Below, in pieces: positions 26,905 through 37,573 of a DNA stretch of 64,000 bases. The translations under genes and the position numbers were made by a program. The first letter of the stretch is position 1; each line of letters begins with the position of its first letter. The notes beneath the pieces were generated by a model. It saw only the letters and a program-made list of their open reading frames with translations, did no database searches and had not been told where the DNA came from. The stretch comes from Eledone cirrhosa. Its lineage: Eukaryota. The DNA is taken from the NCBI GenBank assembly GCA_964016885.1, contig OZ024743.1, forward strand, positions 121,086,001-121,150,000, read 5' to 3'.

Positions 26905-27480
26905 CACGAGGGACATCAGTCGACAATAAAGGTAGGCTTTGTAAAACAAAGATCGAAGATGTTGGCCACATTGTTGCCAACTGCGAAAGAATGTCGTCTC
27001 GCTACTACTGCTCTATGAGAGACGATGTGATAGCTAGAACCACCTGGAGCGCACATAGGAAAACAAAATTAAAAACAAATAAATATGTTGAGATAGACGG
27101 AATATGTTGAGATAGACGGCACTAAAGAATACTGGTGGAACCTGAAAATAAAAACTGTCGCCAATTTAATGCACAACCGGCCTGATATTGTTGTTTGGGA
27201 CCACACTTTGAAAAAGTGCTCTGTTACAGAGATCAGCTACCCACTTGATGTCAACGTTGTCAGAAAGATACAAGAGAAGGAAGACATCTAAAGACCATTG
27301 ATGAGGAGTTTGTAGATCCTGTATCCAAGATACACCTTCAGCTTCGTACCCATCATATATAACTGAAATATAACTGAACTTGGATTTGTGGACAAAGAGC
27401 GCAGTTCCCTAATTCATAGACTACAAATGGCTGTGATAGCTAGCACCACAAAATTTGCAAAATATTCTTGCGATTCTTGG
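26905..27480 (+). mobile_element. 3' fragment of RLE-type LINE (R4/Dong-like)
   Basis: RLCKTKIEDVGHIVANC..MRDDVIAR, then in another frame YWWNLKIKT..HNRPDIVVWD..EISYPLD..EKED. Confidence 0.8.
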
Positions 27481-27959
27481 GATAAGAATTTCTTTTCTTT
27501 TACAACCTTGCCACCAGGAAGGTGGCCGGTCAAAAATATACTCGAAATTAAAAGAAAGTGAAACATATATACATAAAAGACAGTTATATTCGAGGTTAAA
27601 TTTTATATTTACTAAATGTTTTGTGTTTTTTTTTTTCATATTTCGAAATAGTCTTACATATTGTATTGTATCTGCGCTTTGGAGGGTTGTAGGAGGAATG
27701 GTGAAAATCTTCATACATCAATATTACCAACATTCGTATACTGACAACGGAGTTGGAAAGGTCAGCAAACTTTAATAGACGTATCTTCTTTGGAACGCTC
27801 AAATCAATCATAAAGAAGTATATAGAAATATAGAAATAATTATGATACTAGCAGAAAAACCGCCTGCCGTGCGGTTTTCTGCTAGCATGTGTAGTGTGCA
27901 TATTGGTATTATACGCAAATATATATATGTAAATTGAAAAGTAAATCTTGGGGGCAGAG

Positions 27960-28570
27960 TCCTTATCAAACACTCCTTCCAGCGAGTCTGTCAGTAGCAA
28001 ATATCTCTAAGTGATCCAGCTGGATCCCAAAGCGTGACCAGCCAAGCCATAGATGTTACCCAACTATCTTTCCCAGGGTCTACCTCAGGGTCTCTTGCCG
28101 GTTAGTTTTGCCTGTAAAATGTGTCCAGCGATTCTTTACTGAGACATTCTAACCACATGCTCATAATATCGGAGTTGTGATCTCTCAATTCGGAGAAGTA
28201 GCGGCTCTACCAGGAGTGACTCTCTGGTCTCTGAGTTATGCACTTTATCGAGTAACGTTACTCCAAAAACCCATCGGAGGAATCCCATTTCTGCCGCTTT
28301 TATTTGCAATTGTATTCTTTTGGTCATTACTCAAGATTCATGATCCTCGGTAAGAGTTGGCAGGAATACTAGGAAGATAGCGAGTTTGGCTTTTACACCT
28401 ACCCCCTTCATCTGATTGCTGAGGCTGGCGCTTTACTGCATCAGCTTTTGCAATTCTTGCACTTAATTCAGCCTCCTGCATTCCATCAGTCATGAACACG
28501 GCTCCAAGATACTTAAACTTCTCTAACTGCTCCAGTAGAACTCCATTCACATGTATATAAATTTGAGGGA
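27960..28570 (-). mobile_element. RTE-clade LINE 3' fragment
   Basis: LEQLEKFKYLG..ELSARIAKA; AAEMGFLRWVFGVTLLDK..IERSQLRYYEHVVRM; GKRP.GRP motif near 28080-28100. Confidence 0.85.
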
Positions 28571-28719
28571 CCTCTGTCCACCCGTCCATCACGCAATGTG
28601 TATGTGTGTGTGTGTGAATGTATGTGTGTGTAAAAGGAAGGAAAGGGATACACACATATATATGTCTAACTTAAAAACAGTGACACACACACACACGCGT
28701 CTCTAATTTAAGAACGCCG

Positions 28720-29455
28720 ACAAGTTCCCGCACGCGCACATACACACACTGTCCTATTACCACTCAAGAGTTTTGGCCTGGGAAAACATCCCCTCAATTT
28801 TGAAACCGTCTGGGTTGTCTTGAATTGATGGGAAAAGACTTGACGGTCTTACTCTGTGCTCCTGGACAAGAGGCAGGTGCCGTACCTGGGACGTCACAGT
28901 TAGTGACTCTTTTGCTTCTTCCCACATTCTGGATGCAGCAGTAAAAGCGAGAGCTACAGTATCCGCAGCTAAACGGAACAAAATTCTAAAATACCGTGGT
29001 CTGTCAGCTAAATACTTTATCCAGCCTGTGGCGTTCGAGACGTTGGGGGGAGTCGGGTTACAGATAGCGAGGTTCTTATCGTCACTGGCGGCTCACCAAA
29101 CAGAGGTAACTGGTGATGCTCGTGAGAGCACTTGGTTGTTTCAGCACCTCAGCCTCGCCATCACCCCAGGTAACGCTGCGAGCGTGCTGGCTTGCCTCAA
29201 AAATTATTAGAGAGGTTTCCCAGTGCTCCTCACTATATTGCTATCTTTTGCTCTGATAGCGGCTCGTTTTCCGACTCTTTCGTCTGCATTTTGTTCTATG
29301 TGATCTAAGATATGTGTATTACGTGCTTGTGTATTTTTTCTCTCTCTTTTTTTTTCCTTTCCCTTTCCTTTGTATATATTATATTTGTTAGTGTTTTCCT
29401 TCTGTAACCATTATATTAAATGAGTTTTTAAAAAAAGAGTTAATAAATAAATAAA
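28720..29455 (+). mobile_element. Second, diverged CRE-like LINE 3' fragment
   Basis: GKRLDGLTL..TWDVTVSD..KILKYRGLS..PVAFETLGGVG..LFQHLSLAI..GNAASVL is homologous to 4544-4930; AT-rich tail. Confidence 0.78.
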
Positions 29456-30310
29456 ACGTTATACTTGTTTTAGCCTCCCATTTCCAATTCACCGAACGCT
29501 ATCATGACTGTATGTGTATGTTTGTGTAAATGTATATGTGTGAATGTATTTATGTTTGTGTGAATGTATATGTGTGAATGTATGTGTATTTGTGTGAATT
29601 ATGTCCATGATAGTGTATTTTTATAAGTTTGCGCGATTATAGTTATATACTCATGATAGTTATATACTCATACATATAGATGTATGCATGTGCACACTCA
29701 TACGCGTTAGCGTGTAGAAAATCATAATCTCTCTATCTCTCTCATGACACACGCTCTCTTTCTATATATATGGTAGTTGAAGTGGTGGTTAAAGCGACAA
29801 TATACCGGAAGTGCAAATTTGAAAAGAAGACAATTTGAAATTATTTATTTTTACGAAATTGAGTACATAAATTATGTATTATTCATTCATTATTTATTCA
29901 AAGTAATCCAACTAATTTTACTAACTGGATTAAAAGAAATAAACCGTACGCAGTCCCTCAGACCTTTCTGTATTATAGTTTAGATGTTACAGGGGTCAGC
30001 TGACAAAGATACTCACGTGGAATCATGGAATGACCAAATGAGGTTTATTTTTCAACATAGTCTCTAGATAGAAACAATGCAGTTATCAATAAGAAATTTG
30101 AAATTTTATCTGACGAGGATGTACTGAAAAAACAACACAGTACCTTCGAAATATATATGATGAAGCATATATTTTGATTATGTGAATATCTTCATTTGTT
30201 AATATTTTGAATAATATTAAAAATTCCATTAAATTTTTCTCTTGAGTGCTTTTAATCTATTGTAAAACTGTATTCATTGAGTAATCAATGAATCATATTA
30301 ATCTTTGGTC

Positions 30311-30562
<252 letters not shown>

Positions 30563-30609
30563 TAGTGAAAAAGAACAAAGGAACTATTATGACATTATAA
30601 CAAGTTTAT

Positions 30610-30656
30610 TGCCGACAGCCGTTTCGTCCGACCCCGTGGTGAGACTTATCAAGGCA
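30610..30656 (-). ncRNA. Minimal type I hammerhead ribozyme, U3-A8 core
   Basis: tgcc TTGATAA gtct caccacggggtc ggac GAAA cggctg TC ggca, overlapping AATAAA. Confidence 0.8.
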
Positions 30657-31579
30657 TATAACATGTGATTGCAAGATCATTGTTTACATCAACGTATCAC
30701 TCAAGGCTAGCAGTTTGAAATTGTTGTATACATCAGCAACTCCGCTTTAAGGGGGGCTCTTTTATATTAGTTGTCGGGGTCAGGGATTGAAGTTTAAAAA
30801 TTAGACAAAAATATATAATTCACGCATCAACATTAAACCAAAAGACTTGGGGTCCCGCAGAAGTACCTCAGAAAATCCCTCAATGAGTGCATAAAGCTTA
30901 CAGACTCCAATACACCTATTAGTCTAGAAGAAAATTAAGAGGCTAATAAAATAAGAAAATAAAAATATAAAGTTTCCCTAAAAAATATATAGAGTTCCTA
31001 TGAAATTTCTTCTAGAGAAAAAAATTTTTTTCGAAAGAAAAAAACCCTCTTCCCCCGAGATCACGTTTACAAAATTCAGAAAACTGAATTGAAAACTAGG
31101 TTGAAAGAAACTAATCAATTAGAGGTTAATACAGAGAGCCTTCCATAAATCTCTCAGAAAAGGCCCCTTTACTATTTCCAGTAGGAACTTCTTCCGAGAG
31201 ACCCTTCGAAGAATTAACATTTTAGAGAGCCTTTGAGGATAAATATAAAAACGAATTGAGGAAAATTATACATTAAAAGTTAAAAATTAAAAATTACGGT
31301 ATTTGGGATATCCGAGGAATTTTCAAAGGGCTTCTTCAACAGATACAACTTAGGCATAATAGGTACAATAATCTAAGCAATTTAAGCAATTTAATTATGT
31401 AGCAATTCAAGGAGTTTATCAAGTTGGGCAAGTTTAAAGAAAGTGGTAACTAAGAAAATACATAAGCAAAAAGACAATAATCATAAAATGTATCCTTAAG
31501 AAGGTACAAGGTAGCTTCAGTGATCTAACCCCGTATTATCACAAAAAAACATTCCAAAATTATTGATACAGGATTAAAA

Positions 31580-31730
31580 ATTATTACAAAATCATTACAA
31601 AATTACCACAAAATCATCACAAAATTATCAAATCATCACAAAATTACCACAAAATCATTACAAAACCATCAAATTATCATAAAATTATCGCAAAATTATT
31701 ACAAAATTATCATAAAATTATTGCAAAAAT
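31580..31730. repeat. ~11-bp minisatellite (CAAAATYAYYA)n inside Penelope 3' region
   Basis: Repeated acaaaattatc / acaaaatcatc / acaaaattacc. Confidence 0.85.
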
Positions 31731-33063
31731 ATAACAGGATGAACATTACTGGTGACCGTGTGGGCGCGATATCCATTCTGCCTATGCAGTCCCCTGCACA
31801 GCTCCAGGCACGATATCCACTAGGCGTAAGCAGTCATCTGCCTAGCTCCAGGCGTAGCTGGTCATGTTTAAACGTTCATAGATCACCTGGGGTTCACTAT
31901 TATCTGCGTGGACTCTCTGGGAGATGTACCTGTGGATCTAATAGCCAGTGGTTGCCGGATGTGGTCCGTTCGATCCTTTAGTTTCAGGGGTTGAACGCTT
32001 TCGCGATAGACGAGCCTGCTGGTTCTAAGTCCAAAGTTTCGCCACGCATGATGTATTGGTCCACATGCTATATCGTTAAAAAACCAGTGTGGATTTGACT
32101 GGGGTGGTATATTACGAACTCCAAGTCCGCACGCGACTGGTCAAAAGCGAAGGGCTGTCCTCTCTTTGTTTGCTGTATGGGTCGTTCTCAGCTTAGATGG
32201 TGGTCGTGTTATCCATATTCCGTCAGCCCTGTATATTCAAGACAGATCAGGGTATGTATTTGCGGGTATGGTCCTGTGTCTACGTTATCCAGAGGGTCTC
32301 GCTTGTGGTATTTTCAAGTTCGCATGTCATCTCCCGGTTAAGACTGCGCATGCTTCGGTGAATCTCAAGCATGGAATCTTAGGGTATCATATTACACGGG
32401 GTGACCAGCAGAAAATATACATTCTATGCTATCGCGCACGCGCTGGCCTGTGGCTACGACCGTGTCCAGTCTCGGGTAGTAGCAGACAGCAGGTAGACCA
32501 GCTATACACACCCCTGATCAAGGGGCACAACCCCTAATTCATCGAGTGGTCAGACTTCAAGGGAGTCAACTCTCCAAGCCCATTATGTCAACCGTGGTGA
32601 AATACAAAAAAATTCCTATTAGTAAAGAACTAATCACTGATAATAAAGAACCAGCTCAAAAGAATGGGGGGGGGCATCTATTTGTGCGGGGGTTTACTAG
32701 GGGAGGGGGTTGGGGTGAGTTGCTATAGGCAGGGAGCGGCCGCCATATTGGGTGTTTTGTTACTGTTTCCCTAGGCAGTTCTCGAGTTTGTTGACATACA
32801 TCTCCGACGGCACCCTCTCAGATTAGTCAACGTGGTTCCAGGCCCTCACGATGTCCTGCATCGCAGGCATCAGCTGCCCCCCGGTTGCCCAGCAACAGTG
32901 TTGCCACCAATCCCAGGTTGGCAATTGGGACACAGGGTCGTCTGTTCCTCACCAGAGTCCCCATCGCCAATCGGGGAGCCGAGGCATCCATGCGGCCGGG
33001 GTTACCACAGAGCACCCTGTACGCCAGCGGGGCCGCCACGTGCAGGACTGGGTGGTGCCATGG

Positions 33064-33598
33064 CTATGTGTCCGGTCTAAAGAAAAAGAAAGAGCTAAGT
33101 ATGGTATGGGGGCAGGACGAGAAGATTTCTGATCTCCTGTTGAGCAAGTTGAGCCCTGAGAATACTATGGCATGAGATTCAGATAGGCATAGGCTACAAC
33201 ACCTGCTCAACGAGCTATATGGAGGAGCCTTAGTAAGGCATCTCCAGCTGAGTGTGTAGGGGGTTTTTGTTTGTTTTAAGCTATGTATATGCCCCGCTAA
33301 CGACGTGGTATTTTTAAGCTTCTCATTTCGGAAGCTATGCTGGTGGGCGTTGAACCTCGTCTTGAACTCATTAGCGGTTGATCCTACGTACGTCTTACTA
33401 TACGTGCCTGTGGTTACGTTACAAGCATATACCACGTTCCTGATAAGGCAGTGTCCAGCTAGTGGGCATTTGTCCTTCTTTCTGCAATTACACTCTTTAG
33501 TAGGGACATGCCCCTCAATCAGGGGTGCATGTCCCTCCAAGCGGCCCCGGGGCTGCCTAGTGGGACCGGTTCTATTGCCTAATATCCCCTGGGTCTTT
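33064..33598 (-). CDS. Penelope GIY-YIG endonuclease domain, out of frame with the RT
   Basis: CNCR..CPL.G.CL, VVY..YVGST, FKTRFNAH, CSLCLSE, LLNRRSE..CPH. Confidence 0.92.
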
Positions 33599-35535
33599 CA
33601 CTCAGTGGGTTGGTCCCGTGTTGTCGTGTGTGCTGGCGTGGTTCACTATTTCGGATGGCCTTAAGTCCCTCTTTGATCTTACTCTTATTGGTCTTAGCTA
33701 GGTGTGAGGCCAGATTAGGGGTTGTAGAGTACGATAGCTTGACAGTATTCTTATTGATGACACTACCGTACCTACTACCCGGGGGGAAGTTCTTATCTAT
33801 TAAAGAGAAAAAAGATTTGGGGAGGTCTGTAGTAACATTAGAGTTGAAGGGCGGGTTAAAGAAGGTACTATCACGTCTTCTATTCCTTCCACTGCATTTC
33901 CTATCCCCTATGCAGTTTGCCCTCTCTTCGTCTATATTATCACTGGTTCCACCAGGTGTGGTTGCTGTACACCCAGTGGTATGTGCGTTGGTCTCAAGTC
34001 TCCTAGGCCTCTGTCCCCCGTTTTCACTGTTGGACTTGCTTGGGGCGGCATAGCGCTTACCAGGCGTGCGGGCCCTGTCCGTGTCTGCGTTGCGAGTGTT
34101 GCTGTTCTTATCTAACTTCCTATTGTCCCTATTCGTCTTTCTAGCTCTCCCTCCAACTCCCATGGACATATTGTGCGTGATTACAGTGCTGGGCTGGGGT
34201 GGCGGGGTGGTGCCTCCTGTCTCAACATAATGGAGTTTATCTTTGTGCCCTGACCCAGTTAGCGCCTTATTGTAATATTCCGCGTTCGCTTCAAATGCGG
34301 TCACGCTGCTAGATAGTCCGCTAATCCTACTAGATACTGCTTTAACTATTGCTTTGAATACTGAGCCTGGGTGGTTGGATCTGGCATTGACGTATGTCAG
34401 CCTTTCGTTAGGTTTATGGTACGGTGCATATTCTAACTTATCTAGGTCTAGTGAGGCGTCTAAAAAGTTGACTACCTTACTATTTCTATCCATAGTTATT
34501 GATAGGTTAAAATTCTTGAAGAATTTATAAAGGTCCTTTCTAGTTCTTTCTAGGTTGTGCCGTTTAAAGTCCACAGTAAGCAATGCGTCGTCACGGTATA
34601 GCCCACCTCTGAGGTGTGGGAGCTGCTCGTTGAGCTCCTTGAGCAGGTACAATCCGACGAGGTCTGTCACCTGCGCTGAGTCGCTAGACCCCATAGTGAT
34701 GTCGAAATTGTTACGAGTGTTCTTGCGCGTCCACAATTCATCCTCAAAAGTGATAATTGTTTTACGAGCGGCAAGGACTATGTCAATCTGGGATCTAGCG
34801 AGTCCGCCCGTCCGCATTGCCAACATGAGCGCCTTATTTAGTAGTATGGGGGATATAGACGTATAGTAGGAGTCTATATCGAACTGGATGAAGCGTAGTG
34901 ACTTGTGGTTGCTAATGCTTGAGAACCACTTTATCACTTCTGCAGTGTTTCCCCATAGGTCCAGGCTAATTCTGTCTTTAACTTTCGGTATGACTTCATC
35001 TAGTATTTTTTTACTTATATTCCCTATGTCAGATTTAGAGGGGCTAATGAGCCTGACAGAGGGGCTACTTGCAAAGTCCTCCTTATGGTCTTTCAGTGTG
35101 AACCTTGGTTGTCGGGGGGTATAAGGTTGTGTGCATTTCTCTAATCCTAGCTTCGTTACTATCACTTTAGCCTCCCTGTTAATCTCATCTAGGTTGGCTA
35201 CAGTGGTTTTTTTATAGTTTTTATGTAGCTCGTTGTATATGAAGCCGCGGTATTCCTCATAGCTCAGGTTGTACATATTCCTAGTCTTGTCCGGGGGTAC
35301 TAGTATACACTTTCTGTCCTTAAAAGATTTAACTAGTGATTCTAACTTTGTTTGGAAGCCGCTACGCTTACAGTTATTTCTTTTATATCTAATATATCTA
35401 GTCTTGTCCGAGGGTACTAGTATACACTTTCTGTCCTTAAAAGATTTAACTAGTGATTCTAACTTTGTTTGGAAGCCGCTACGCTTTGTTTGGAAGCCGC
35501 TACGCTTACAGTTATTTCTTTTATATCTAATATTT
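33579..35535 (-). CDS. Penelope reverse transcriptase (N-terminally truncated; the track start at 35600 lies in adjacent repeat DNA)
   Basis: DKTRNMY, LKDHKEDF..VRLISP, FDIDSYY, ITMGS, YRDD, FLD, YHKPN..YVNARSNHP, FFNPPF, NKNTVKLSYS. Confidence 0.92.
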
Positions 35536-35566
35536 AAAAAAATAGAGGTGTAACACACGAGTTGTG

Positions 35567-36072
35567 ATATATTAGTAAAAGGAAAAGAAAATGCTGACAC
35601 ATTTTTCCCAGTGAAAAATAGTTTAATTAGGAATAAGTATAAATTAGTAATAAGTATTGGTTAGTATTCAGTTTTAGTTTAAAGTTTTTACCGGTTGCGC
35701 ATTTCTAATGCTTTTCAAAAATAATTTTGAGATAGAGTGTCGTGATGTTTGCTCTAATCTGATCAGTTTTGGAAATTCTTCCTGTTTTATATGAAAAAAG
35801 TGGCTCCAGAGGTATTAAGATTTGGTTGGTTGCGCCAATTCGTGTTGCAGAAATTCTTGTAGACTACAAAATTGATCAGATTAGAGCAAACATCACGAGC
35901 GCTCTATCTCAAAATTATTTTTGAAAAGCATTAGAAATGCGCAACCGGTAAAAACTTAAAACTAAAACTGAATACTAACCAATACTTATTACTAATTTTT
36001 ACTTATTCCTAATTAAACTATTTTTCACTGGGAAGAATTTGTTAGCATTTTCTTTTCCTTTTACTAATATAT
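35567..36072. repeat. Inverted repeat (~205-bp arms, ~95-bp spacer) with a hammerhead-like motif in each arm
   Basis: 35567-35771 mirrors 35867-36072; ttt TTGAAAA gcat tagaa atgc GCAA ccgg TA aaa at 35918-35953 (+) and 35686-35721 (-). Confidence 0.88.
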
Positions 36073-36585
36073 ATATATATATATATATAGGAACCAGTAA
36101 GACCCCAACGGCTTGAGCTCAGCCGTCGGGGTCTTACTGGTTCCTATTACCCACTCTACTACCCTAAGTATTGAGTACTTTGGTGCGTTATGGTGCACCT
36201 GGTTCCTTACCACATTTCCTTCGTTATATATATATATATATATAATCTCTACTCTAAAGGTTATTTACAACGGCTGTGAGGTATAAATTTTATTTATATA
36301 TTGAATGCCCGGTAAATATATATGAAAATAGATGTGTGTTAGCTTAGATATAAATAAATATAGTATCAGAAGAAAATACACACCGCTACATAAGACGAAT
36401 GGACAGATGCATCATCTTCTCGACAGCCACTTTGATGAGACGGTATATCTGCTAGTGATGCTTATCTTTCAGGCAACACTAAGATGAATAAGATGAGCAA
36501 CTCTAGCAGATAAACGTATGTAAAACCTATCGTAGAGTGAGCTTTGAAATCTTAAATAGCATGCAACCGTGTTGAGAATAAATTT

Positions 36586-36687
<102 letters not shown>

Positions 36688-36689
36688 AT

Positions 36690-37472
36690 AAATGTAATCT
36701 GAGTTTTTCGAACTTTAATAATAATTGTTTCTACTTTTGGCACAAGGCCAGCAATCATATCAGTGAATTACTGGTACTTTATTTTATCGACCCCGCAAGG
36801 ATGAAAGGCAAAGTTAGCCTCGGCGGGATTTGAACTCAGATCGTAAAGGCCCGTAACTCCATGCTGCAAACCATGGCGTCCGACCCGCTAACGATACTGC
36901 CAATCCACCGCCCTTTTAATAATAATATTCGATTCGTTTGTAATTATGTAAACAAGCCTCTGTTGGCATGTAAACAGAACTGCAGACACTAATGTTTATG
37001 CGTATTACCCTTCATCAGTACAGTTTACTGTTCACCTGCCAACTGTTAGAGCTAGTGAAAATATATGCTATTTTTTAAAATATACTGTGACTGATCTGCC
37101 TGATTTGCATATTAGCTGACTGGCTGATCAGTCAAATCTGCATATTAGCGGATCCACTGATCAGACAGATTTGCATATCAGTAGACTAGCTAGTCAGTTT
37201 CCTATATACGAGCGATTAATAGCCGGCTTTGCTAAATCAGTCACTGTATATTTAGAAAATATATATTTTCACTAGCTCATCAGTACAGTTCACTGTACTG
37301 ATGAAGGGTAATACCCAGAAACATTAATTTCTGCAGTTCTGTTTACATGCCAACACAACAGCAAGAATGAGAGGGTTTATTCTACTGACATGGCTATAAA
37401 AATTAGGCTTGTTTGCATAATTGAAACGAATCGAATATTATTATTAATATTCGAAAAACTCAGATTACATTT
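36690..37472. repeat. Large imperfect palindrome (Penelope pLTR-like) with one arm interrupted by a SINE
   Basis: 36691-36725 mirrors 37437-37472; 36920-37095 mirrors 37237-37445; hammerhead-like motifs at 36980-37023 (-) and 37293-37336 (+). Confidence 0.82.
36726..36912 (-). mobile_element. tRNA-SINE copy inserted at AATAATAAT
   Basis: Family match; flanked by taataataat on both sides. Confidence 0.88.
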
Positions 37473-37518
37473 ATTGTATTCAGCAATATAGAGCGAAATT
37501 TTATTTATTTATTTATTT

Positions 37519-37567
<49 letters not shown>

Positions 37568-37573
<6 letters not shown>

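Larger units (their letters stand above)
30563..35535 (-). mobile_element. Penelope-like element, 5'-truncated, with ~2.5-kb 3' non-coding region
   Basis: PLE RT plus C-terminal GIY-YIG; terminal hammerhead and AATAAA in the same sense. Continuity of the 3' region with the ORF is inferred. Confidence 0.88.

Noticed and set aside
31721-32728. Plus-strand ORFs in the Penelope 3' region as cargo genes
   Set aside because: Short, non-ATG starts and no recognisable motifs.
33599-33601. In-frame TGA upstream of the GIY-YIG as a selenocysteine codon
   Set aside because: It lies in the frame-break linker rather than at a conserved Cys, and no SECIS in the correct orientation was recognised.
35536-35600. 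N-terminus of the 673-aa ORF (MSAFSFPF..)
   Set aside because: It reads in from the adjacent inverted repeat and is not the native Penelope start.
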